Origin: a virus | Length of the DNA: 64,000 nucleotides | IMG/VR virus record: IMGVR_UViG_3300002143_000172 | Span: 64,001-128,000 of that record | Strand: one strand, 5' to 3' | Shown: positions 54,875 to 63,862 of the stretch, in pieces | Layout of the letters: each line of letters opens with the position of its first letter | Numbering within the stretch: position 1 is the stretch's first letter | Program-made: the position numbers and the translations under genes | The notes under the pieces: generated by a model | Database searches by the model: none | Told to the model about the DNA's origin: nothing | Seen by the model: the letters and a program-made list of their open reading frames with translations, nothing else

Positions 54875-56173
54875 TTAGATTTTTTCACCTTTAGCAAACC
54901 CGCGGAATCGAAGGAACCTTGGGAATCTAAGTGAGTATAACTCTTGACTATCTTGACTGAGAGTCGCCGCATCTGCTCGGACTTCCACGATCTGACCAAC
55001 AACTGCATCTTTGTCGGCCCAAAATTCGTTTCGGTCATCATCTGTAAAACCCGACCCAACATTAACACGAATCTGCTTCCCATCATCTTCGCCCTCACAT
55101 ATGATCGCACCCAATCGACCTTCATTTTTTCCGGTGCCTTCTTCTACCGCAACAACGGTTAAACTTACTTCGATAAAGGGCTTCATTTTGAGCCAGCTGG
55201 TACTCCGCTTACATTCGTAAGGGGCATCTATATCCTTGATCATAATGCCTTCGTAACCGGCTTCAATAGCATCTTTGTTATATTGCTTAAATTCTAGTTC
55301 GCCAACATAGCTCCCCAGATCAACTTCAATTTGGGGAATAATGTCAATACTACCGATTTTATCAAATTGTGCTTTTAGGCCGCGCAACAGATTGCTACGG
55401 CGGCGTTGGCCCAACACGCTTTTTCCCTTTTGGAATTCGCTAAGTGGCAGGATATCAAACAGCATTAGACGAGCGTCTTCTGTTTGGGCATTTTCCTTAC
55501 GATGCACCTGTTTCATCAGGGCTTGGAAACTGCTACTAACCATCTCACCGTCAATAACCCAACTGCGTTCAAACAGTCCTATATCGTCCTCTATGGATTT
55601 AGTAATGTGTCCGAAGTTCTCCAAGACCTTACCATTGCGGCTGTACATCACAGCGGTCTTTGCTTCTGCGTTAATGATAGTGACCACACGGACACCGTCT
55701 AGTTTTGGTTCTAGCAGTTTCTTGCCTACGATCTTCTTTTCGTGATTAGCACCGTCATGTGCCAACATACATTCAAACACAGGGACTGCATTTTTCTTAA
55801 CTTTGTTAATGGTCTTTTCACTAACACCACAGCGAAGATCTTTGATAAGGATACGGCGATACCAATTATTCCACTGATCCTTTTTACTGGCACCCAATGC
55901 CAGTTCAATAGCACTACGGGCGTCGTCGCCAGTAAGTTGTCGTGTGCTTAAAAGATGACAGAGTTCTTTGAAAGCTACCCAAGGCAAACCTTGTCCATCC
56001 GGACCACCGTGGCTGGGAACTTTCTTAACTCCGAAAGTAATATAGGGACTGAGTGCTAATTGGAAACCTTCAAACAGTTCTTCGTTATCGATTTCTGCCT
56101 CGATGATCGCTTCTTTGTTAAGACGGCTAGGATGGGTTTCCAGAGACCAAATGATGTTCTCACAGTGTGACAT
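54875..56173 (-). CDS. ATP-dependent DNA ligase
   Basis: EPKLDGVR, DGEM, FDIL, EGIMIK, WLKMK, VGSGF, LRFPRF. Confidence 0.96.
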   Translation of the reverse strand: MSHCENIIWSLETHPSRLNKEAIIEAEIDNEELFEGFQLALSPYITFGVKKVPSHGGPDGQGLPWVAFKELCHLLSTRQLTGDDARSAIELALGASKKDQWNNWYRRILIKDLRCGVSEKTINKVKKNAVPVFECMLAHDGANHEKKIVGKKLLEPKLDGVRVVTIINAEAKTAVMYSRNGKVLENFGHITKSIEDDIGLFERSWVIDGEMVSSSFQALMKQVHRKENAQTEDARLMLFDILPLSEFQKGKSVLGQRRRSNLLRGLKAQFDKIGSIDIIPQIEVDLGSYVGELEFKQYNKDAIEAGYEGIMIKDIDAPYECKRSTSWLKMKPFIEVSLTVVAVEEGTGKNEGRLGAIICEGEDDGKQIRVNVGSGFTDDDRNEFWADKDAVVGQIVEVRADAATLSQDSQELYSLRFPRFLRFRGFAKGEKI

Positions 56174-56205
56174 TAAATTTCCTTTAAGTTTGACTTGATG
56201 TATAT

Positions 56206-56234
56206 ATTATACAAGATATTTGGAAAATTGTCAA
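56206..56234 (-). promoter_or_regulatory. Consensus sigma70 promoter for the ligase-infA unit
   Basis: TTGACA-17-TATAAT. Confidence 0.85.
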
Positions 56235-56251
56235 CTGGAGTTTTTACCAAT

Positions 56252-56575
56252 TTATACCGAAAAACTAGACCCGCATCCACAGGTACTTTGGGCATTTGGA
56301 TTTTTAATAGTAAACTGACTGCCCATAAGATCGTCAGTAAAATCCACTGTTGCACCCTGCAGATATTGCATACTCATAGCATCAACGAGCAAGGTCATTC
56401 CGGGCCGTTCGACTGCAAAGTCATCTTCGCCCTGTTCTTCATCAAAAGTAAATCCATAACTAAATCCGCTACATCCGCCACCTTGGACGAATGTTCGAAG
56501 TTTTAATTTTGGATTATTTTCTTCTGCTAATAGGTCTGCAATTTTTGCAATTGCACTTTCTGTAAGTTCAATCAT
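56252..56575 (-). CDS. erpA: A-type Fe-S carrier ErpA
   Basis: [35 protein letters not shown]. Confidence 0.92.
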   Translation of the reverse strand: MIELTESAIAKIADLLAEENNPKLKLRTFVQGGGCSGFSYGFTFDEEQGEDDFAVERPGMTLLVDAMSMQYLQGATVDFTDDLMGSQFTIKNPNAQSTCGCGSSFSV

Positions 56576-56898
56576 ATTCTAAAACTTTCTCCACAACCGC
56601 ATCGGTCTCGTTCGTTTGGGTTAACAAAATCAAAACCTTCGTTAAGACCTTTTTTAACCCAATCCACTGTTAGTCCTTCTAGGTAAACATGAGACCTTCC
56701 ATCTACCCAAACTGTTACTCCGTAGCTTTCATATTTGAATTGATCCCTAGTAACTGGTGTATGATCAACATATTCTAATGTATAGGCCAATCCACTGCAT
56801 CCAGTAGTTTTAACACCAAGGCGTATGCCCAGGCCTTTGCCTCTATGTGCTAACTGTTGTTGGACCTTAGTGGCCGCTTGTTCAGTTAGTGAGATCAT
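56572..56898 (-). CDS. iscA: A-type Fe-S carrier IscA
   Basis: [25 protein letters not shown]. Confidence 0.93.
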   Translation of the reverse strand: MISLTEQAATKVQQQLAHRGKGLGIRLGVKTTGCSGLAYTLEYVDHTPVTRDQFKYESYGVTVWVDGRSHVYLEGLTVDWVKKGLNEGFDFVNPNERDRCGCGESFRI

Positions 56899-58288
56899 GT
56901 CTTTCTCTGTAGTCTTTTATTGCCGCTTTGATAGCATCTTCTGCTAGTATTGAACAATGTATTTTAACTGGCGGTAGGGCGAGCTCTTCAGCAATCTCTG
57001 AATTCTTAATGCTTCCTGCTTGGTCAAGAGTTTTACCTTTGACCCATTCAGTAACAAGACTGGAACTGGCAATAGCTGAACCACAATTGTGTGAACCGAC
57101 TCTATTAGAGAAAAACACATGAGCACCATCCTCCAATTTTAAATCATAAACTACGACTAATTTGCCATCTCTTTCACATCCACGCAATTGATTTTGATGA
57201 GTTATCGCTGAAATGCCTACGATTTCCATTCCATTGTGAATAAAATTCTGCACTTCTGGTAATGATTGTGCAATATCTTCTACTGCTAAAAATAACGAGT
57301 CGTATCCGGCTGTGGCCAATTGCTTACGCCGGTTGGCCACATAATTTGATTCCTCAGACCGATCCTGCATAAATTTCGGCATCTGCTTTGTATATACTTC
57401 TATACATTTTTTCTTGCCAGGCACAATAAAGTCCGGACTTGCTGGACCAGATTCCGTCTGAATCCATATCTTGCCAGCACTCCATCTTACAGCTACATTG
57501 TTTTCTTCAAATAAACTGATGTATTTTTGTTCAATACTAGTAGGTTTAGTCCAATCTCGTTGTGCCATTCCCTGTTGCCATTTTTCAATGTATGCTAGAT
57601 TTGACCAATTTTTAACTGAGGCTGCACTTGAACGCTTCTTTTTAGTTGCTAAATCTTTACACACATACCCAGGTTGATTTTGTGGTAATACCGAGTGGTC
57701 AAACTCCTTATTCCATGCTGTCATTCTGACACTATTTTTTTGTTTAAGTGTAGTACAATGTCTGTTGTTAGTAAGAATCCTTAGTTCGTGTTCAGTTATC
57801 TCATATAACTCTTGTCCTACTTGTAGCTGTTGCGCTTCGATTGGCTTGTTATTGGCATTCCAAAATATATGTTCCTTAGTACAAATTAATGAAAAAGTTC
57901 CAGGATTAATATTTTGTCTACTAGTTTCTCTTTGAAATGTAATTACTAACAAATCATCCACTTCGACCGAATGTTTAATAATATCTCGCACTTTTTGCGG
58001 ATGAATAGTATTTCCATCCCACGCTAACACTTCATCACCAACGACTAACGATGATATCTTTTTTCTATTAGTTGGTGTATTCACTGGCATATTGCTTGTT
58101 AGACACCCATATGTTTTAAATTTTGCGTCTTTGATAATTCCATCTTCTACTCTAATCTGTAATTTCATTACATCGCCACAAGCAGGTGCGCCCACCATTC
58201 CTGTGCCAACATCGGGATCATCTTTTTGGAAAGATCCTGCATTTCTAGGATTTTCATAATGATCAAGTACCTTGTCTGAATATGCCAT
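56882..58288 (-). CDS. iscU: Fe-S scaffold IscU interrupted by an intein
   Basis: MAYSDKVLDHYENPRN...APACGDVM...KFKTYG | intein | CGSAIASSS...LPPVKIHCS; spliced product 128 aa. Confidence 0.95.
   Translation of the reverse strand: MAYSDKVLDHYENPRNAGSFQKDDPDVGTGMVGAPACGDVMKLQIRVEDGIIKDAKFKTYGCLTSNMPVNTPTNRKKISSLVVGDEVLAWDGNTIHPQKVRDIIKHSVEVDDLLVITFQRETSRQNINPGTFSLICTKEHIFWNANNKPIEAQQLQVGQELYEITEHELRILTNNRHCTTLKQKNSVRMTAWNKEFDHSVLPQNQPGYVCKDLATKKKRSSAASVKNWSNLAYIEKWQQGMAQRDWTKPTSIEQKYISLFEENNVAVRWSAGKIWIQTESGPASPDFIVPGKKKCIEVYTKQMPKFMQDRSEESNYVANRRKQLATAGYDSLFLAVEDIAQSLPEVQNFIHNGMEIVGISAITHQNQLRGCERDGKLVVVYDLKLEDGAHVFFSNRVGSHNCGSAIASSSLVTEWVKGKTLDQAGSIKNSEIAEELALPPVKIHCSILAEDAIKAAIKDYRERHDLTN
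57086..58105 (-). mobile_element. Intein (340 aa) with DUF559/Vsr-like endonuclease domain
   Basis: Block A CLTSNMPV, block B CTKEHIFW, block F VYDLKLE, block G SHN/C; central PTSIE...PDF...CIEV...GY. Confidence 0.92.
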
Positions 58289-58298
58289 AATATGTGTG

Positions 58299-58541
58299 CT
58301 AAGAGGTGCCTATTTTAATTTTTTTTACAAACTCGATAACTTCTTTAACTGTTTGTAATTGTTCTGAATCGTCATCTGGAATTTCTATCTCTAATACTTC
58401 TTCCAAATTCATTATTAATTCAACTTTGTCCAGAGAATCTGCACCAAGGTCATTTGTTAAGTTACTATCATCTGTTACTTGCTCTATCTTAACACCTAAC
58501 TGTTCGGCTATGATTTTCTTTACTTGTTCTTCAATAAGCAT
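58299..58541 (-). CDS. acpP: Acyl carrier protein
   Basis: DLGADSLD phosphopantetheine site, IEIPD. Confidence 0.95.
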   Translation of the reverse strand: MLIEEQVKKIIAEQLGVKIEQVTDDSNLTNDLGADSLDKVELIMNLEEVLEIEIPDDDSEQLQTVKEVIEFVKKIKIGTS

Positions 58542-58550
58542 TTGAATCCT

Positions 58551-58802
58551 TTATTTTCCGCTGTAATCTTTAACAATACCACCGTGTGTTACGCTTTTGG
58601 CTTTACGACCTTTCAACGGGTGACCACTACCCTTAACACCCTGTTTACCCGTACCATCTGTGTGACCTGTATCGTGCTTCAACATTCCGTTGCTCACGCA
58701 TTGTGCATAACGCACATTGCTTAAACGAGAATGCCCCACAGAGCACTGGCTCTGCGTGGGCGTAGATAGATTCTTTTCAGATAAAAGTTCTGTTATTCTC
58801 AT
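58551..58802 (-). CDS. Small basic protein (MRITELLSE N-terminus)
   Basis: 83-aa ORF after a TAAATA box. Confidence 0.7.
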   Translation of the reverse strand: MRITELLSEKNLSTPTQSQCSVGHSRLSNVRYAQCVSNGMLKHDTGHTDGTGKQGVKGSGHPLKGRKAKSVTHGGIVKDYSGK

Positions 58803-58829
58803 TGATATTCCATGTATAGTTCCGTATAT

Positions 58830-59168
58830 TTACCTAAAAAATATCAAACCCATTAATACTGTTTGAGCCAAAAATCCCATACAAATCGTTGCTATGTATA
58901 ATGAATTCTTCTCAATAAGGGCTTTAAAGAATAAAGTAGTTAATCCTGCCCAAACAAAGATCATAATATCAATAGGGGGTAGTTTATCGCTTTGCGCCAT
59001 CAGTAGTGCAATCAAGGTAGGAATGCTAGCAAGGTGCAATAGAAGAATAGTCACCCATCCTAGTGTATGCGAGCTAACATGGCCCAAATGATCTTTTAAG
59101 AACTCGTAGGTACTAACCAGCACTGATGTTAAAAACTTAACGGGTGAAAAATTTGATAAAAAGCTCAT
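58830..59168 (-). CDS. Small multi-pass membrane protein
   Basis: Three hydrophobic segments; SD AAGGA. Confidence 0.75.
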   Translation of the reverse strand: MSFLSNFSPVKFLTSVLVSTYEFLKDHLGHVSSHTLGWVTILLLHLASIPTLIALLMAQSDKLPPIDIMIFVWAGLTTLFFKALIEKNSLYIATICMGFLAQTVLMGLIFFR

Positions 59169-59180
59169 GATAGTTTCCTT

Positions 59181-59762
59181 TTATTTGTAAAAGATGTGAC
59201 GGCCGATTTTTGCAACCTTTTCTTTGCGCCAGCCGGGGTTTATGTAATCAGCATGATAAAACATTGCTTCTTCTAAACTTGGAAGCCTAAATCCTTCCAA
59301 TAAAACCTTCTTGGCTACGGTCATGCTTTCTTCGTAGCTTTCTTTGTTAGGACTACGGGCGGCGACGACTTTATCGCATACCCAACTAAATTGGCAAACG
59401 ACCTTCTTATAAAAGACATTTTTCTGATAGATAGTTTGGCAAATATCTTCCGGAAACTTTCCGCTTACTGTTCTGTTTAAAGTAACCTGTGCGACTGCAA
59501 CCTTTCCTTCAAATGGTTCAGACCCAGCTTCGTGATAGATATTTTGAGCAAGACATTGTAATTGCCTTTCTCGCACCTTTGCGGTAATTTGTGTATGTTC
59601 TACTGAACTGAGCTTTGCTAGTTTAGAATCCATAACAAATGATAATAGCGACATAGTGGACACAACTGCAAGTACCATCAGAATGATAGTTGCAATCTTT
59701 TTGCATGTAGCAGTTACTACTGCGTCCATGCTATACCCTGTATCAAGTGTAATTTCAGTCAT
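59181..59762 (-). CDS. SleB/Hydrolase_2 cell wall hydrolase
   Basis: CLAQNIYHEA..E...GK.AVAQV..NR, CQFSW, YHADY, IGRHIFY; N-terminal TM. Confidence 0.92.
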   Translation of the reverse strand: MTEITLDTGYSMDAVVTATCKKIATIILMVLAVVSTMSLLSFVMDSKLAKLSSVEHTQITAKVRERQLQCLAQNIYHEAGSEPFEGKVAVAQVTLNRTVSGKFPEDICQTIYQKNVFYKKVVCQFSWVCDKVVAARSPNKESYEESMTVAKKVLLEGFRLPSLEEAMFYHADYINPGWRKEKVAKIGRHIFYK

Positions 59763-59863
59763 AAAAACCTCCTTTTTTCTCTTGTGGTAAGAATAGTTAT
59801 CAACAAGCGTATAGTATATGCTAAAAAGAGACTAAAAATCAACCTTTTTGGTAAAAATATCGG

Positions 59864-60412
59864 TTACTTGACGCCAATAATCATAAATCTACTAAATTTC
59901 CAGGTCGGATATTCAAAGTCCTTTTGGCCTGCATAATTTAGTGTAGTGATTGGATAACTGTTTACGAATGCCTTAAGATCTGTAGAATGGACATGGTGAT
60001 CCTCGTGCGGCATGTTGTTGCCTTGGAGTATGATTCTAGTTCCATAGGGAATCTGATCAAACCATTCGGTGCTGTCAAAATGTTCTGTGCTGGTGTTAAT
60101 AACTAGGTCCGGACTGCCTCTTACATAACTGTTGCAGTCAAGGGTAAAGGCTTTGAACTTCCAATCTTGCCAAACCCAATTTTCATTAATCATATCTGCA
60201 ATAGGTTCGCAGGCAGGATCAAGGTCAAAACTTTGTATATGGTCAACTTTAAACTTACCGCGTGACAATAATAGGAACGCAGTGACTCCATACCAGCCGC
60301 CATATATGTAGGTTAGATTAGAAGTCCATTTGGTTCTTTCTAATTCTTCACAGAGCCAAATTTTACTACCAACTTGACCGCTACTAAAGGCGTCGGAATT
60401 TATTTCATACAT
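59864..60412 (-). CDS. Class I SAM-dependent methyltransferase-like protein
   Basis: YGGWYG, SFDLD, INTSTEH. Confidence 0.7.
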   Translation of the reverse strand: MYEINSDAFSSGQVGSKIWLCEELERTKWTSNLTYIYGGWYGVTAFLLLSRGKFKVDHIQSFDLDPACEPIADMINENWVWQDWKFKAFTLDCNSYVRGSPDLVINTSTEHFDSTEWFDQIPYGTRIILQGNNMPHEDHHVHSTDLKAFVNSYPITTLNYAGQKDFEYPTWKFSRFMIIGVK

Positions 60413-60944
60413 AGTACAATTCTGGATATTCAACTAACACATGAGCACCGCCCTGTTCGTATGCAGATTGGTAAGCACTGAAGATATCTTTTGTCTTTTG
60501 TAAGTCGTGGAATTGAATATTTGGACAAAGAGATTTAAATTCAGAAAGGTAGTTGCCCTTGTGTTGATGTCCGGGATCTAATGGTTTGTCTGATCCTTTG
60601 CCCAGCCTAATGAGAATGTTTGCTTTCTTACTGGTCATCAATTCATACTTGTCAATATGGTTAACTAATTGGTTAACGGCCAATATGATAAAGTCCCAAC
60701 GGGGATAGAATGTAACCACTGTCTTGCCCGTCATAGCAATACCTAAGCTCATGCCCATTTGTGATTCTTCCATTACCGGAAGCTCTACCATCTTGTCTTT
60801 GGACACATCACCTAAAGTTGTGCTCATAGGATTACCTGCATAGACAATCTGCTGTCCTATAAACATCACATTGTCCTGCTGTCCTAGGAATGTCATTGCC
60901 CTAGTAAGCTCGTCCTTGTAAGGAGATAGTTGTGGTCCACTCAT
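60405..60944 (-). CDS. Transketolase / 2-oxoacid dehydrogenase E1-beta pyrimidine-binding domain
   Basis: ELPVMEESQMG...G.A..G, DFIILAVNQLVN, GHQH. Confidence 0.85.
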   Translation of the reverse strand: MSGPQLSPYKDELTRAMTFLGQQDNVMFIGQQIVYAGNPMSTTLGDVSKDKMVELPVMEESQMGMSLGIAMTGKTVVTFYPRWDFIILAVNQLVNHIDKYELMTSKKANILIRLGKGSDKPLDPGHQHKGNYLSEFKSLCPNIQFHDLQKTKDIFSAYQSAYEQGGAHVLVEYPELYYV

Positions 60945-61810
60945 GCTAGTTTCTCAATTCGTTTAATAATGTTCTCTGCCATTACTTGATGACAAGTTAC
61001 TGACGGGTGATGATCTTTGGGTGTTACTTCAAACTGTTCTTCATCCCACTTTACCGTTAATTCTGGGTTGTAGCCTTTTGACTGCATTGCGCCCGGACTC
61101 ATCAAATTCTGTATACTATCATAGTTTACACCCTTGTAGTCAAAAGTCAAGAACCGTTCTTTTAACCACGGATCTTCGTTTATAAAAGCCGAGTAGTCAT
61201 TGGGCCAGGAAAACAACATCGTCTTTATTCCGTGTTCCTCACACTGGACTAGTAGACTCTTTACATTGGCTAAGCCATCGCGTATATATTGATCAATCCA
61301 TTGATCCAGAGTAAGTCCTGTTTGATCTAACCATTTTAAGAACTTTTCCTTAAATCGATCATCTCCCCTTGCCATGTGAAAGGGTATTTCGTGTTTCTCT
61401 CCGTTAACTTCCATAAAGAAGTTATCTCGTTGCCATTGTGTTAATTGAAATACTAAATGCGACACTTCTTCGTATTCAATAGGAGGAATGTTATGTCCAC
61501 CATACCAGGCTTTAGGATCTCTATTTGTGAGACAATTTTTCCACCAATGCACCGCGCCTTGGTTTGATCCGCCGTTGTTGGGGTGTACATGTTCAAAAGT
61601 TTTAAAATGATTGGCTACAAGCCTAGGATACCTAACACTCTCCATGTATCTTTTGTGAGAAGGTGTTAATAGCTTCTCGTCGTAATGATCGGGCAATGGC
61701 TCACGCAAAGTTGACAGATTACTATAATAGTAAAGTCCCTGACCCCAAGTGAAACTGCAACCTGCAAAAATGATACCTTTAGTTACTCTAGCTGTGTCTT
61801 TACTTTTCAT
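60941..61810 (-). CDS. SGNH-like protein (paralogue of 62515-63441)
   Basis: FAGCSFTWG, GGSN, DHHP. Confidence 0.7.
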   Translation of the reverse strand: MKSKDTARVTKGIIFAGCSFTWGQGLYYYSNLSTLREPLPDHYDEKLLTPSHKRYMESVRYPRLVANHFKTFEHVHPNNGGSNQGAVHWWKNCLTNRDPKAWYGGHNIPPIEYEEVSHLVFQLTQWQRDNFFMEVNGEKHEIPFHMARGDDRFKEKFLKWLDQTGLTLDQWIDQYIRDGLANVKSLLVQCEEHGIKTMLFSWPNDYSAFINEDPWLKERFLTFDYKGVNYDSIQNLMSPGAMQSKGYNPELTVKWDEEQFEVTPKDHHPSVTCHQVMAENIIKRIEKLA

Positions 61811-61815
61811 ATGTA

Positions 61816-62514
61816 TTAAATTCCAAAATGTTCCATAATTTCATGTGCAAGAGCTTTTAATGGCGCTAGTGCAGGATGTTTCTGATTATAAAATTTTGCC
61901 GTGTCTTTGGTTGCTTCTTTGATGATTTCTGCAACTGCTTGCTCTCTTTCAATAATCTCATCAGTTATTCCTTTGAAGTCCCAAAGGCACCCTTTTCCTC
62001 TTTCTAAGAATTCAAATGCTTGGCTTTCCGGAATATCCTGTCCTGCAATTTTTGCTCTTAGATTATCTATTCTAAATTCTGCCCAGTCTAATAAATGCTT
62101 CCTGGAAGATAACAAAGGTGCGTGTCCCCCCATTATGGCCCATTGAGTCTTTGGGTACTTCGCCTTCATGTTAGTTACTTGTCCATAAATTAAATCTGCT
62201 GTTAACTCCATGGCAGCATCATAACCCACAGTCGGAATTTGACTTACAATAGGAGGAGTTAAATCCCTCATTAATTCAGAATGAAACCAAATAATTAAAT
62301 CAATTTCTCGTTCAGTTCCTTTTGTAGCATCGAGGTATACTTCTGCTTGAGTTAGTTGATAGTTGTTAGAATTGCCGCCCCAGGACCTATTAGATACTGC
62401 ATGACCTTTTTTCATAAACTGAAACTCAAACCATTCTGAAATAGTTTTGTCCATGCTCCACATATGGCAGGGAGTAATTCCCCAAGTGTCCCCTAATATT
62501 AATATATTTTTCAT
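61816..62514 (-). CDS. SGNH-like protein (degenerate)
   Basis: ILGDTWG, GNSN, KHP. Confidence 0.6.
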   Translation of the reverse strand: MKNILILGDTWGITPCHMWSMDKTISEWFEFQFMKKGHAVSNRSWGGNSNNYQLTQAEVYLDATKGTEREIDLIIWFHSELMRDLTPPIVSQIPTVGYDAAMELTADLIYGQVTNMKAKYPKTQWAIMGGHAPLLSSRKHLLDWAEFRIDNLRAKIAGQDIPESQAFEFLERGKGCLWDFKGITDEIIEREQAVAEIIKEATKDTAKFYNQKHPALAPLKALAHEIMEHFGI

Positions 62515-63441
62515 TTATTTCTCTAAAAATTTTATTACATTTTCTGCAATTATTTGATGGCATTTTAAACTAGGGTGCCCATCTGGTGGCGGAACCTTAA
62601 AATTTTCAAAATCATTTTCAATTGCTAATTCGGGATGATTCTTTATTAATGCCGAGACGCAATCATACTTGTTATTGTTATAGTTAAATTCAATAAATCG
62701 TTCCTTTAACCACGGGTCAACTTTAATGTAGGGTAGATATTCCGGAGGCCAAGACATTATTGAAGTTTTAACTCCCTGTTCCTCAAGCCCTTGTAAAAAA
62801 GTTTTAATATTTTTAACAGAAGTTGACATTAATTTAGCATTATACTTAGCTAGACTAGTTTCTTCTTTTCTAAGTTTTTCTAAAAGTATTTCTTGATAAG
62901 GCTGATCCTTATCCCATGTTTGCGATATTGTTACTTCAACCCATTTACCGTTGTAGACAACTGTATCGAGCTCGCGTGTCCATTCAGTTATTTGAAACAC
63001 AAAATGTGAAATATCAGAAATATCTAAAGGCATAGGTCGATCAACCATTTCTGGATGATCTTTCTCTACTGTCCTAAGATCAACTCCATCTAAACTACGA
63101 TTAGTGTAATCAAAATTGTGCCCACGAATACGAATTCTATCTTTGATAGTTGGTGTTTGTAAAGCTGTAGTCCAAAATTTGATTATTTGATGATTTGCTC
63201 CTCCGTTCTTAGGTTGAACTAGTTCAAATGTTTTAAAATGATTAGCCACTAATCGAGGAAAGCGCACGGCATCTTTAAACGCCAAATGTTGCGATTGCTG
63301 TAGATGGGGAGTGTATCCGTTCTTGATATCTTCTTGAACAGTTGACGAATTCATGTAATACCAAAGTCCTTGCCCCCAAGTGAAACTGCACCCTGCAAAA
63401 ATGATACCCTTAGTACGGGCTACGGTATCATTTAACTCCAT
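62515..63441 (-). CDS. SGNH-like protein (paralogue of 60941-61810)
   Basis: FAGCSFTWG, GGAN, DGHP. Confidence 0.7.
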   Translation of the reverse strand: MELNDTVARTKGIIFAGCSFTWGQGLWYYMNSSTVQEDIKNGYTPHLQQSQHLAFKDAVRFPRLVANHFKTFELVQPKNGGANHQIIKFWTTALQTPTIKDRIRIRGHNFDYTNRSLDGVDLRTVEKDHPEMVDRPMPLDISDISHFVFQITEWTRELDTVVYNGKWVEVTISQTWDKDQPYQEILLEKLRKEETSLAKYNAKLMSTSVKNIKTFLQGLEEQGVKTSIMSWPPEYLPYIKVDPWLKERFIEFNYNNNKYDCVSALIKNHPELAIENDFENFKVPPPDGHPSLKCHQIIAENVIKFLEK

Positions 63442-63862
63442 CGTCAGTCTCCTGTTTACTCCAACTAATTTCCCAATCTTTCCATTCTGCGGCCAGGCAG
63501 TCGACTTTATAATCCTTGCGACCGCCGACTACTTCTTGGATTTTATTCTTAGCAGTATTTCGGATACCATTAAGCCCGTGTGTTAGTTCTAAGTTGTTGC
63601 CATCTTTAACACCACGACGGTAATTAGACTCGTTGTGCCAGATATGCAAATTCATCTGTGATACTACAACGATAGCGCGAATAGTGTCTGCTGTAATATT
63701 CCCGGCCGCTTCGTCTAAAATGATTTGGATATCGTGTACGATATCTGCTATCTCTGTAGAATATTCATCTTTATGTTCTGAAATAAACACTTCTTTAAGT
63801 TGAACAATGCTCAGGCGATCAATTAGATCCCCAAGAGTATGTAGATATTTTCGTTCGCTCAT
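63428..63862 (-). CDS. Hypothetical helical protein (DUF4254-like)
   Basis: LGDLIDRLSI..LK, N..IWH.E, N..RN..K. Confidence 0.6.
   Translation of the reverse strand: MSERKYLHTLGDLIDRLSIVQLKEVFISEHKDEYSTEIADIVHDIQIILDEAAGNITADTIRAIVVVSQMNLHIWHNESNYRRGVKDGNNLELTHGLNGIRNTAKNKIQEVVGGRKDYKVDCLAAEWKDWEISWSKQETDDGVK

Noticed and set aside
54631-54895. Ligase and the next ORF both end in KGEKI
   Set aside because: Best explained by embedded SD sequences (AAAGGTG/AAAGGAG) for the downstream genes rather than a shared protein motif.
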